DNA of 58,535 nucleotides, filler included, from Sphacelaria rigidula (lineage: Eukaryota), in assembly GCA_964200075.2 (NCBI GenBank). It is 5 parts of 5 records of this genome, joined end to end, with 100 filler letters (N's around TTAATTAATTAA, not from the genome) between each part and the next. Parts side by side here need not be neighbours in the genome. Positions count along the whole stretch, not along the records: positions 1 to 11,630 come from CAXNAA020004685.1; positions 11,731 to 23,358 come from CAXNAA020004686.1; 3 more parts are not named here. One strand, written 5' to 3'. Shown here piece after piece: positions 1 to 12,333 of this stretch (within the stretch, counting starts at the first letter, position 1; each line of letters begins with the position of its first letter). The notes beneath the pieces are model-generated. The model was given only the letters and a program-made list of their open reading frames with translations. It had not been told where the DNA came from and searched no databases. Made by a program: the position numbers and the translations under genes.

Positions 1-126
1 GATTGTTCGGCCCGAAGCATACTTGTTATCTTGCATTTGGATGACAGCCAACAATGAGATGCTTTATTCTGTGAATGGCCACTTCCAGAGACAGCCAAGG
101 CCCATACACTGCCTCATGGGTGTCTA
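1..126 (-). repeat. Interspersed ~135-bp repeat family, copy 1 (contig start)
   Basis: Reverse complement reads agacacccatgaggcagtgtat...aataaagc...ggctgtcatccaaatgcaagat...gcttcgggccgaacaatc; matches 34950-35085 and 39355-39487. Confidence 0.85.
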
Positions 127-2558
127 ACCCTGTGTGGTGATGGGGGTGATATTCAGGTCTCTTCATGTGTAACTTATCTTCGGTCGTCAATGTTAGGGTC
201 GTCAACACCCCGTGTAAAGCTGCTGTCAAGGTCATTACCTCCACTGAGCACCTGCAGGGATCAAATCGTCGACTATACACCACCACGCGCGATCACAGGG
301 ACATCCATCAAATTCGAAAAATGAGTCACCCACGGTCCCTCTCCTCCACAGGTGAAACCGACAGATCTCACGGGACAAGGAAAAAAAATGATACCGTAGA
401 GCAAATGGTTCAATGACACACACGGCTTTTGCAGCGCACATAGCATGTGACGAAAAAAACATCAGTCAGAAACATCTCGACACCGTCACAGGAGTAAGGG
501 AGAGCTCCATAACTTGGGCTGGCATTCCTCCTAGCCGACACAGCATGTCAAACACAATAAAAAACGTGTTTTTAGTCAATCTTTACCCCTAATGATGGAC
601 TCGTGCGACGAATATACCCATAGGAATAGTTGCAGTAATGCTGGAGACTCATTACAGGGGTACCTCGGCTTCACGGTTAGATGATCCTATCATCATGGAG
701 AATAGGGGAGGGGGGGGGGCGGGGTCGAGCCAGTTCTTGCACGAAGGAACCAATGTGAAACGTCGATGCAGACAGGTGCAGACATGGACTGTCACTTGGA
801 TGCTGTTAGTGTCACACCAACACACATTTTCACGCTGCTTGACAAACGTGTCCATCCACAGTCTTGTTTCTTGTCCAACTGTCTCAAGTTCATCAATTCC
901 TCCCCTTTCCCGGGACCAATCCGCAAGTCTCAAGGGATCAATTCATGTCGCCCCCAGTGCATGCCTGGCATCCGGTATCCCCGAATCAATCAGCTCTCCA
1001 GCATCGCGTCGACTCTTGTCAATTTTGTTTCAGCTGCCCAAGTACATGCAATTTTCACCCCAGAATTCAAATACTCATCCAAGGGCAGGTGGGAAAGACA
1101 TCCCTGGACCCCCCTTCCCCCCCCAGCAGCTTCTGATTTTATTTTATATTTCTCAAACGAGACAAGTGTTCATCAGCCTTTGGGGCGTCAGTTGGTCTGG
1201 AAGACGTTGTCGAAACAATGCATACGAGCCGTGCGTGCTTCGTTCGTGTGTTTCATTAATAAAATTGGATGGTGTGCAGTGGTTTGAGCAGTGTTGAGTG
1301 TTGTTTCCAATTAATTTATCAATAATAGTTCCTTCATTATTCAAGATGATTCAAGCAAGCAAGTAAAAATGATTACGCCAAATAAATTACGTAGATCCTC
1401 CGCCTACACCCCCTCAGCCACACTAGTGCGGCCGTTGCAGTGGTTGCTGCGGTCACAGACGGGTGAAGGGTTTGTGGTTTGTCGCAACTGCCCCCCTCTC
1501 CCGCCTCGATCTTTTGCCCCAACTAATTAGTCTCACCGCGTTTTTGCGAAAAAAACTTGGCTCTGCTTGTTCTGGTGTTAGGGTGCCGAACTCTAGCCAT
1601 CTGACTCACTTGGGTTTGCTAGAATTCACGATCAGGTTGCATCAAGCAATGTATCGAGCGGTTCATGTTCGCTGACATGGCGTACTTCAAGCCCAACACA
1701 AAACCAAGACTTGCCGAGACGGCGACTGTTTTGTTTTTTGCTGCTTGTGCTTGAGTCTGCTCTGCAAGTGAGGTGACTCTTGTCCCCCGTTCAACTCATT
1801 TTAAAACCAAGTAACTTGTGGTTGAGCTTGGTTGCATTGAGTATAGTACCGGAACCTGCCAGCCCGGACACGGTCCCAACAGTGCTAACCCCCCCCCCTC
1901 CCCCCCAATCGGCCCCAAATGGAAAAAAGTGAGTGTGGGTCCAGGGATATTTTTTTCACCCGCCCTTGACTCATCAGACAAAAAACGGATTTGCCGTGAC
2001 TCGAACTCTCAACCTGCCGCCTCAACCGGCTGAAGATGTACTAGTTATCCCAGCACAAGCCCACAACGACCGCGTGAGGTTGCACAACACTCTCGAGCGT
2101 CATTGTTACGTGGATAAGACTGGATAAATTTGTAGTTGCCCACAAATACCCCTCCGGTCGAATGTCGAGCAACTAGCCATCTTTCAACAACTATTGCAAC
2201 ACTTGTGCAACTATAACGGTGCCCCGACGACTTCTGGGCGAGACACCCGTGCGACTAGTAGACTGGAGACAATTTGCGGTTTCGCGTCACTAGTTGAATG
2301 TTAATAGCTTCCGGCCGTATGTAATCCTGGGATGAGAAACCCGTGCAACAACATGTGTAACAGCAAGTACAGCCACATAACTACCGAAATTAGACAACTG
2401 CCAACTACAGTTACTAGTTGTACAGCGTGGGGGGTGCCCACGCAGATGCCACAGACGACGGCGTGGTAAGTAATGTACCAACGGGACTGCCGCGGTACTC
2501 TTCAAGTTTTCCCTCCTCATCGAGCCTATACTAGTCTGCAATCGGTGAAACCTCCTGG

Positions 2559-2769
2559 CTACAGACCCAGCCTACCTCCAGATGCCCCTGGGACGCCGTC
2601 CCTTCCATCTCTCCCACTCAACGATGCTAATCCACCCGAGCCCTCCCCGGCGCCGGTCCCGCCGCTACCCCACAAAACGCCTCGCCCGGCCGCGCTGCCT
2701 TCCCCGGCTATCCCGCCTCCTCTCACATTGTCCACCCGTCCGCTGGTCGTCATATCACGATTGGCGCTG
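2559..2769 (-). CDS. Candidate terminal CK2-beta extension exon (Gly-rich)
   Basis: Acceptor gaaacag| at 2770 is phase-matched to the donor at 3212; reads SANRDMTTSGRVDNVRGGGIAGEG...GGRLGL* and is GC-rich like the other exons. Confidence 0.5.
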
Positions 2770-3212
2770 CTGTTTCGTGTTCCAAATAAAATTATGCAGA
2801 TCAGGTATCAACCAACAAACGTCGAGGGCGACGACATTCCAAACGTCAATTTTCCAACCGCCTCTTGACTCCCCTCGACCGTGACCGTTGGTCCACTCAT
2901 GTACATCTGCCGCCGACTCTTCGCCGTCGCTTTTATCGGCCCATGCTCACCATGTGAGGATGGTATCACACGCGACTCTTACCGCCAAACATCATCGGGC
3001 ACAATTGTGCCGATCCAGTCACCGACGGGGGAGCATGACAACTAAAGGAAACCACGAAGATTTTCATCCAGGTCCCCATGCCCATGCTCTTCGTGTAGTA
3101 TAGCCTCGTCATAGGCCTCTTTCCGCCGCCCTCAAAACCCGGGCGCCGCCACGTATGTGTATCTATAAGTTCATTTTGGCATGTGTGTAGTCTCTCAAAT
3201 CGTATCACTCAC

Positions 3213-3467
3213 ATGCCACCGCCCCCCCAGTTGCTATTGTTGCTATTCAGGTCGCCCCCTCTGCTCCCTGCAGCGGCTGCCGCAGATGACGCCGCTCCCC
3301 CACCTCCTGAAGCACCCCCACCTCGTGATTCACGAGAGCGGGGTTTAAGATGTGCGGGTGCCGCCGAAGATGACGCGGACGACACACTAGCCACAGCGGC
3401 AGCATTTGCGGCGGCCGCGTTCATCACGCCGGCGCCGGCAACGGTGTATGCCGTCGCCGCGGCAGGA
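3213..3467 (-). CDS. Candidate CK2-beta extension exon (Ala/Gly/Ser-rich)
   Basis: Acceptor ctcacag| at 3468 is phase-matched to the donor AA|GTGAGA at 4924; open frame PAAATAYTVAGAGVMNAAAA...WGGGG; donor AT|GTGAGT at 3212. Confidence 0.6.
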
Positions 3468-4924
3468 CTGTGAGGTAGTCTACGCTGCATGCATTTGGCA
3501 GACCTGTGTGTGGTTTCGGTGTACAAAAAAACACCATAAAAAACCAAGAGCCATTGTTGTAAAGGCGGGGAACGGGAAATGGGGAGCGAAGCTTGAGCCT
3601 ACAGGGTGGCAAGGTAGCTACGCTGCTATGGGACTATGGATGTTCTTCCAAATATGAAAAGAGTGACACCACGTCGCCTGACCGATGCGTGCGGAAACTG
3701 GTGAGGACCACCATGTCACAGATCTCGTCATGAACACAAACTTCCGTCCATTTACACGCTGCCGACACTGCTCATGCCACTAGGGTAAGAGCAAATGCCC
3801 CAGTGGTACGAGCGGGAGTACCTCAAGTGCTATTGCCCACTCCGTGAAGGCCATGTACCCCGCCTGACCGACAACCGAAGGAGTCAGGGTGAGCAGCTCA
3901 CGACAAGCATCTCTCCCCGGACCGGTGCCCCTTCTGACACGCTATGATGTTTGCTATTGTAGTTAAAGTAGACAAAGCACGCTATCGCCGACAGGTTTTC
4001 ATGCCATCTTCATTTCAGCCATGAAGGCCTGAGAGAAAATTATACAACTTATATTCGCGGTGACTACAGCGCGCGCGTACCGATCCACCGTCAATCCTTG
4101 CCCACATGCCCACAGGAGGACGATACGCCTCCTTTCACATCGACGTTTGGCGAACAGCACCACGACAGCACCCGTCAGCAGGGACAAGCTCGAAACCTAC
4201 ATTCTCCAGCAGCAGACACGGGCTGTCCTTTACCGTAGGCACACACGAGGGGAGCACCTACACTTCACTCGTGGTATCTTGAAGCCAAACAATAAAATTG
4301 GAACCAAAATGTAATTTTCAACAATGGCAAGCACAATCACCGTAAAGTACGTGGACCTCAGGTGGAGCACCGAAAACAATAAAAAAGCAAATTATTCGGT
4401 CGAACGATTAGGTGTCCGAGATATGGAGAACCCTGCGGTACGCACACCATACATTCCGTCATTGAGGTGGGGAATGCTCACAAGCAACATGAGCTGCCCA
4501 GCTGTAGCAGCTACTACCCTTGGCGCAGCGAGAATGCGCCGCTGCAGTACTGACGGCAAACAAACATCGGACTCCTTGGTGGGCATGTATGCCTATCGAT
4601 GACAAGCCTGCTTTGGCTGCCTACTCAGACATGGACAGCATTTTCTCCTTCCTTCAAGGGAACAGAAGGCAATACACGCTCCTGTAACCACGGTTCAAGT
4701 TATGGGTGTGACCCGTCAGCCGGTGACACTGTGTCTGTGAAGAGGTATGACGCCCAAGGGGTTCAAATTCGAGTTCATGACATAAAACAAGGCCTCAGCT
4801 ATGCTTCTCAGAGCTGAAGAACACGAAAGAAATCAAGTACATATTTATGAGATGACCAACCCGTTCAGCCTTTCAAGCCCGACACAAAAATACACAGATG
4901 TAGCTTTCGGAAGACATGTCTCAC

Positions 4925-6724
4925 TTGTGTATCTTGAACCCAAAAATGAGGGGGGTATAGGTCTCCCGGGCCGGCTCCGGCACAAGCTTGTCGAAGGTGA
5001 TGAAGAACAGATGCGCGAATGAGGTACCGAAGAACGCCCCGTCCAGAGCTGCACCACGTGTTGGTACCCGTCACAAAATGCAAGACACATGGAGGATGAA
5101 GGATGATAGACAAAATACAAGAGACACGGGAGCCCGGAAAAACAAGGGTAGGTTATTTATTGTCGGAGTAAAACTTGTTCATCTTGGAGCCGGCAACGAG
5201 GAGCGCGTAGGTCTCTCGCGCCAGCTGTGGCAAGACCTCGTCGAGGGTGATGAAGAACGGATGCGCGAATGAAGATCCAACGAACGCCGAGTCCTGAGCT
5301 ACGACAATATTGATATCAGTCGGAGAATACGACAGACATGGAAACGAAACACGAAAAATAAATGTAGGTTATTCCTCAACTCTACTCTACTCTACTCTAC
5401 TCTAGCAGCAAAACATCACGTGGCTATACATGTGCCTGCAGCTACGAGCCGTTTCGAGAAGTTTCACGGCGAGCACCAGCGGGAACATAGGGTTCGGACG
5501 TGGCCCATAATGTCAACCCGGGGGTGTATTGGAGAGGGTGGAACCCCTGGAGAAAGGGCGACGCTCACATGTATACAGTACAGTATGCACGTTTACTCTC
5601 ATCAAAAACGAATATGAATATAGTAGCTTTCAGCTGCAGTCGGGGATTTATATAATATTTCGGTGGTAGGCGATTTTCGATAATTTTTTTCGCGAGCCAC
5701 CGCTCATCCCAGTGAACGCTTGATCCCAAAGTTGAGGGATCGGGAGATAGTATAATAGGCATCCATATCCTCCACTACTGGGCACCCACTCCACATTCCG
5801 AACCAACAACAAGTCATCTCGGCGCTCAATACTGAACGACTTCCGGGCTGAATTGGCCGGGTGTTGCTGACCTTTGTCGTCCAAGACACATTTCTTTTCG
5901 GCTCCAGCGCAACGAATAGGAAAGTATCTAAAAATAAGGATAACATTATCAACAGAAGAGATCAGCATTGGTTCTCCCCTCCCCCCCCTCCCCCGCCCCG
6001 TTCTTTTCAGAGCTCAATTGCGCAATTTCCGTAGTTTCGTACTTTTCTGAACGTTCTCGTCTCCTTCCTTAGCACTCGAAAGTCCTGTCGTCTATAGATA
6101 TTAGGAAAAGAAGCAAGCCATGCTCAGGACACAATCCTCAAGCTGGGGATAATATCAACCGTCCCTGGTCGAAAAAACACAGTTTCTCGGCTCTAGCGCA
6201 CTGAATACCAAAGGCACAAACTGAGAAAAATACATCCCTTCACATTTGCTCACGAGAACGGTCGGGATTGCTTCAATCGAGCAAATATACGCAAGGGTCA
6301 TAACCTGGGGCTGGGTAGTCGCAAGACCCCCGAAAACCGGTCAGCCCGTAGGTCGGTTGTTCAATGTATTGAGTGCAGAGATAATATTTTTTCGGAATAC
6401 GGAGCGGATACCCTGTACCTTCTGATTTCCGAACTTTGGGATCAAACGTTCACTGGGATGAACGGTGGCACGCGAATTAATCTACCGAATATACAAAATT
6501 CCCTACTTCAGCTGAAAACCAGTGTACGAGAGAATACCGCGAAATACCCGAACGACTGGGCTTGTGCCGCATTTGAAGTTGAACAGGCGAACATTCCGAG
6601 CGCCATCTCTTCAACCGTTTCATCTCATGTTCATGAAATGTTTTGCCTCATCCCGGCACATATCATCAATATTCAATATTTCAAATGAGGGTCTGGACGA
6701 TACGATGGACAATGATGCCAACTC

Positions 6725-6780
<56 letters not shown>

Positions 6781-9700
6781 CATGTACGCACGACACTTAC
6801 GCTCTCCGCCGTAGGGACTGACGGTGTTGTAAACATCGCCGCAGCGAGGGCAGTACAGCTTCACGGCCTCCTTCTTGGGTTCGTCATAAATCCCCACCTG
6901 ACCAGCGGGTCACATGCAGCAGTCAACAGCAAACGCTTACACGAAGGCTGCACAAACATGTACTGGGGGAGTCGGCGGCACAAAACCCTCCTTGTCTGTG
7001 GTGCATTCATGATCGTCACACATCTAGCGACCCACTTCGGACCCACACGTGGTCACGACATAGGGATGCGTCTAGGGCCGAGACTCTTGAGAGCATCGCG
7101 GCGCGCACAATGCGCCAAGTTGATCAGGGTTTTGGTGGGTCCGCCCCCCACGCTGCATTGGGCAAATCTTGCGAACGCTCGAGATACCTACCCCACATGA
7201 TTGCCGCGAGGCAGATTTGCCGAGCCTCCGGGTAATCGGCATACGAATCCGCTCGTGGGGTGAGTGTTGGATCAGGTTCCCTCCTTCATTCGAGATAACC
7301 AAAAGAGATAGACATGCGTACACGGTACGTACGTTCGTATGTCGTATTTCGTATGCGGCTGCAAAGAAAGGGTTCACGTTATGTCATGATCCAGTGCTTC
7401 TTGGGAATATTTTTGACGGGGTTTTTGGTTCTCAGGACAGATCTCCCAAAATTTGTGGAGAGTTTCTACTTTTACTCAAGCATGTGAGAGCAGATTTCTT
7501 CACCAGGTCGGGCAATAGATCAATCCAAGAATGACTATAGATTACTCGAAAACTCTGTTGTCGGATGTTTTTTCCACAACATTCTATTTGTTTTTGAGAA
7601 GTAAACAAAATATTTCGATTCCTCCCAGAATACGAAAAAACTGAGTTCCGTGTAAGAACATCCCTTCTTGCAATAGCAGACCGCTTCTGAAAGGACTTAT
7701 CCCTTTGTGAGGACCGGATCAGCTAACGAGTAGTCTGATGGTGGGGGAAGACTAACCTTGGAAGGGGCTTAGGAAACTCACGTTGCAAAAGCTCAGGAAC
7801 GTGATCTTCATACAATGACCGATTTCGTCAATATATATACATTATGTATTGAAACTAAAATGGGGCTGCTTGCGCGTTCCTACAAAGGTGATAAACAGTA
7901 CTATAACAGGGACGTGTATTAGAGTCCACAACCAGCCTCGTATGATATTCAATATCGTGGTATATTGATCAATCACGATACATCAAAAGTCATGCCCAAA
8001 CTCCTAAACGATGAGCGCCAGAGTTGGCCTGGTATGGAACATGATCTATGAATGTATCGATATAGGTTGACGACCGATGCCGCGATAGCCCGCACTCAGG
8101 AAAGGGACTATTATAAGGAGGCAAAGTTCAAATGCAAATCAAACTAACAAAAGCCGAGCACATCGAGCAGTTGGCAACTCCCAGGCTTGAGATTGTTCTT
8201 GCCAGTGTCGCTCTTTGAGGCGCTTCATGCTTCTGAAACAGCTATTATGCGCTACATGGTCAAATTCTTCGTGACAGTTGTGGGGCTGGTTTGAGTGGGG
8301 GGGGGGCTTGACCATTGACCACGCATCCCTTTCGAGACAGAGCACCGTTCCTACTCCTAATAGAGACACCTCCAACATTCCGGTGCTCATTACGTTTCTT
8401 CCGTACATAAAACCTTCTACATATCATATCCCCGTCTCGCTTCGCCGTCTGTGGCCACCATCTCCTAGCATAGCCATCGTTTTCTCCCTATTGTTTAATG
8501 CATCCAACGATTTCATGCCACCTCCATTCACGTGCCGTATTTCCCCCTTTAGCACGTGACTCTTCCTACGATAATCCCCCCAAACCAGCCCAAAACTGTC
8601 ACCAAGAAAACAGTCATACAGCGCCTCATGTTTGGTTTCAGGCTGCATGAAGCGCCTCATATGGGCGACATTGGCGAAATGAGCCCAAGGGTTGGAATTC
8701 CCAGCTGCTCGTTGTGCCCAGCTTTTTTCATGTCGACTCATGTGTAGATTTTGCCTTGCCAAACCCAGCCACTTTTTGTAGGAGGCTATCGTAGAAAGTG
8801 TCACGTCCCGTTTTTCCTTGTATAGTTCACCTTCTGCCACTATATAACTTCTGCTCTCTATAGTATTGCTTTGCCACAGAGGCAATTCTGTGCATCTACT
8901 TCCTCCTCCTCTCGACTACTGGTTGAGGGGGGGGGGGGCGTACTCGTTTGTTGCTTGCCCTAGTCGTGTGACCATTGACCACGCATCCCTTTCGAGACGG
9001 AGCACTGGGGCGGGGAGGCTAGAATAGCATCACTCTGATGACCGATGCACCTTGTTACCCGATACACCTGGGTACAATGGGGTGGGTGTAGGCATTGGAC
9101 ACGTTGAGGAAAAGAAACTGGCTACAAGTATTTGGGAGAGACGTACGAAGAAATGAATACCCTACAGGCAACATAAACGCCGGTTCTCGAGAAATCGCAA
9201 CACGGATGCTTCCAAAGGAAAACACGCAGGTAAACAAACAACAAAACAGGAGCAACTGATAGCATCTGGGCGCACGCATCAATGAAACGCGAACGCATTA
9301 AAAAGGATACGGCCAAGACAGCCAAGTACCGTCACACCACACCCAAAACGAAAAAGACGGTACCGAATCAAGTGGCCACACCAAGTGTAGGTCAGTCCTC
9401 CCGCCCCCACCTTTGTCGGCTTGGACGCTCTCGCCGACTTCAAAAGTGCGCCACAATTCCTGTCGCTACAATAAGATTATCGCCATTTTATATGGTATGC
9501 GGGAGAAGTGGTGGTTGATCCCTCCATACCGCTAGACGACAGACTCGTCCTGAGGAAGGGGAGGAGTTAGCAGTGATGACTAAAAATAACAATGAGTGGA
9601 GGGGGGGGGGGGTATCCCGCCATTTCGAAGTGCGTGTACCACCCCCTCCCTCAGGCCTCGCTCATATGAACAAACAAACTCTGGCCTCGAAGGGGTGGGT

Positions 9701-11256
9701 ACTAGCCTGTAGTTGGCACGACCTTTTGAATCCCATGATCGTTTACAACGACGAAAATCGACAACGATAACGGTGACGATAAAAAACGTGTTTGAAAATG
9801 GACTGGATGGAACTGGCGTAAAATTTTCTTCCTCACCGGCACTACAGGCTGCTGCTTGCACATCGTCCTGGGGCATCGACCGAATTCAGCAAGCCTGTAC
9901 TTCTTATACTGAGGAGCGGACAAACAGAGGTCGGCGAAAAAAACATGAACAAGTCCGACAGTCGGGTGGGGCACCGCGGGGTTAGATTAGATTGGATCGG
10001 ATTGCGATGCGGCAGATGGTCCCATAAGCTCTCGGGAGGTTCGCGGTTGAAGAGAAGGGTGAGCAGGCAACTCCGATGCGGTCTAAGGTTTGGATCACTC
10101 TACCAGTAAGAACTCGACAGGTTGAAGATGAGCCGCAAGAGAGAACCCTAAGGAAATGGGAAAACAAAGAGCGAATGATATTCATGTGAATATCACGGGC
10201 TTATATAGCCGATGGCAAAACCGGTTTACGAGCGACCAGGCAACGCAACATCCATTTGATATTCCGATTTGCCAACGACCGGACAGTCCGCGTTATGCGG
10301 TCGACCGCTGCCTCGACAGAATGAAGGTTGTGAAGATTGAAGATTTAATCACCGGATCGGAGGCCTTGAGGCAGGCAATAATCAACAAAACATCACTGAT
10401 TCGTCGATTGATCCCATCTAGTCACATATCAGTACTATGCGATTTGCTGCAACTGAAGCCTTGCTCGCAACGGACTTTCAGTTTTCGGGGTGAAGAAACG
10501 GGGGAAACTCGCCGGGAAAACTGGAGATACGAGAAAGGTCGGGGGGAAAGGAGAAAACGAACACAGTGAAGACAATGAGCAACAACAAGGGCAGCTCAAC
10601 ATGAAAATCTAATTTGAGACGGCAAGCGAACAAGAACAGCAAAAATGAGGGTAATATTTGCATGTGTATGATGACCGCCACCAGAAAGCGGCATTTTAAT
10701 TGCCCACAGTGTACCTCAAAGTGTCCACCCACTCAGGAGTTCAAGCAAAAAACAACCAGCAGATACCAGTATTTCGTCGGCTATATCCAAGACGGCAAGG
10801 GACTGAGGCGTTTGATGAGTAAGCAATAGATTATCCGTAGCTGGGTATTCTTCATAACTTTTCATCATACGCCAGTGGAAGAGGGAGAGGACACCACCCC
10901 TACTTGTATAGCCTTTTGCGCGCGACAGACATGAGCTTGCGGAACGTCGGGCACGGTATGGTTACTACTTTACATTAGAACTAGGGTGCGGCGTGGAAGT
11001 GAGCCCCCCCTTTGCAACAGCTAAATTTCTTCATTTTATATTTTTCTCAAAAGCAAGACTTCGATTCTTTTCCCACACGTTTCTCCGGGGCAGGTCTCGC
11101 CTCTGTGTTTTACGCGAAAAAAGAGAAGCACCAGGCAAACGAGTGGTCTCACCATGGCCTCCAGTCCTCTAGCCGTCACGATGAATCGTGCATGGATCAT
11201 CCCATAGAGCATGAACGCCGATTGGGCAACGACAGGGTCCTGCGGCTCATCCGCCA
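4925..11256 (-). CDS. CKB: Casein kinase II regulatory beta subunit, 5'-truncated by contig end; core exons 11153-11256, 9837-9908, 6801-6897, 4925-5048
   Basis: Phase-compatible GT-AG exons splice to ...ADEPQDPVVAQSAFMLYGMIHARFIVTARGLEAM|YKKYRLAEFGRCPRTMCKQQPVVP|VGIYDEPKKEAVKLYCPRCGDVYNTVSPYGGEP|LDGAFFGTSFAHLFFITFDKLVPEPARETYTPLIFGFKIH. This contains the CK2-beta motifs LYGxIHARF, the zinc ribbon CPx3Cx22CPxC, DGAxFG and FGFKIH. Confidence 0.95.
5175..5298 (-). other. Tandem diverged duplicate of CK2-beta exon 4925-5048 (pseudo-exon or mutually exclusive exon)
   Basis: Same length (124 bp), offset exactly 250 bp, AG and GT retained, open frame QDSAFVGSSFAHPFFITLDEVLPQLARETYALLVAGSKMN. Confidence 0.85.
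5380..5404. repeat. (CTCTA)n microsatellite
   Basis: Five tandem units. Confidence 0.9.
5621..6524. mobile_element. Tc1/mariner-like MITE in a CK2-beta intron
   Basis: Long imperfect terminal inverted repeats (e.g. 5691-5733 cgcgagccaccgctcatcccagtgaacgcttgatcccaaagtt vs reverse complement at 6432-6474); TA on both flanks (5619-20, 6525-26). Confidence 0.8.
6729..6779. repeat. (CA)n microsatellite
   Basis: Direct reading; similar tracts at 25298-25327 and 30213-30269. Confidence 0.95.
8297..8347 (-). repeat. Poly-C-tailed short structured element, partial copy
   Basis: gaccattgaccacgcatccctttcgagacagagcac matches 8927-9010. Confidence 0.8.
8927..9010 (-). repeat. Poly-C-tailed short structured element
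   Basis: G-run + tactcgtttgttgcttgccctagtcgtgtgaccattgaccacgcatccctttcgagacggagcac + G-run on the + strand. Confidence 0.85.
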
Positions 11257-11541
11257 CTGAGACGACACCAAGGTACAGCAGCAGCAGCAGCGGCAGCGGA
11301 AGCAGCTATGATGAGGTGGCATAGCCGGCGGAAGTACATACGGTACAGGATACCCCTGGCGGGTGTAACAGTCGTGTTATCGTGAGGCTTCGGTGTGAGG
11401 ACAGAACTGCTGGTAAATGACCTTCACGTATCGGGTTCTTCATCAAGAGGAGGGCGCGTAACTCCCCTTCAGACGGCTATACCCTCCACCCCTCGACCCC
11501 CCACACACACGGCTGATGGTGTGTACCCATGATCTTGCACA

Positions 11542-11630
11542 GGGGGGGGGGGGGGTACTCATTTGTTGCTTGCCTTAGTCGTTTGACCATTGACCCCGCA
11601 CCCCTTTCGAGAACGAGCAAGCACAGGGGG
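11542..11630 (-). repeat. Poly-C-tailed short structured element at contig end
   Basis: Homologous to 8927-9010. Confidence 0.85.
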
Positions 11631-11730
11631 NNNNNNNNNNNNNNNNNNNNNNNNNNNNNNNNNNNNNNNNNNNNTTAATTAATTAANNNNNNNNNNNNNN
11701 NNNNNNNNNNNNNNNNNNNNNNNNNNNNNN
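11631..11730. other. Artificial contig-joining linker 1
   Basis: 44 N + TTAATTAATTAA (stops in all six frames) + 44 N; identical to the three other linkers. Confidence 0.97.
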
Positions 11731-12333
11731 AACAAGCGAACGCCCCCCCCCCCCCCCCCCCCATCCCCCCTCCCCCCACACATACCCGATGTATATCGTG
11801 TAAAAATTTCGTGGGAAACAACTTCAAATTGAGCATTGAAATCGCGTTCTTCTGTCGAGAACTGGTTCACTTGCTTTCAGCCTACAAAAGCCTCGGCCGG
11901 GACTTCGACGTTTTCTACAAGCGCGACGCCTTGGCGCGCTGGAGGTCTCGTCTGCGTGCCATCTCAGACACTGCGCGCCTACAGTACATGCCTCGTGTAC
12001 AACCCCAACGAGTGCAGCACCATCACTTTGCGGCCGCGGCACAACTGACTGTAACAGTAAATGCGATTTCAGCCTTTTCTTTCCCTAATCCCGCCGCACA
12101 TGCCACCCTCAACTCTTTACACTTCGCAGCTGACTGCAGTTAGGTATTTCGTTTGATGGGAACTTGTCAGATCACAGTCCTATGTGAAGCGAAGGACGCG
12201 CGTTGATTTGTCGATGACCACGACGTGTCACAGTAGGCACAACTCGCGACAGATCGTCAGTTAGAACCGGGAGGCGGCCCAGCCTGTAGGGCATGAAAAA
12301 AATGACGTCGACACCGGAATGCTTTTTTCATGA

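Noticed and set aside
638-1297. 219-aa and 173-aa overlapping plus-strand ORFs
   Set aside because: No recognisable motifs, they cross G/C-tract repeats, and no splice partner was found.
4405-4450. Reverse-transcriptase-like motif VPQGSP on the minus strand
   Set aside because: Isolated hexapeptide with no flanking RT motifs (no YxDD) and stops nearby.
4940-4960. Suspected frameshift in the CK2-beta exon at the G-run
   Set aside because: A recount gives six G, so the frame is intact through TPLIFGFKIH.
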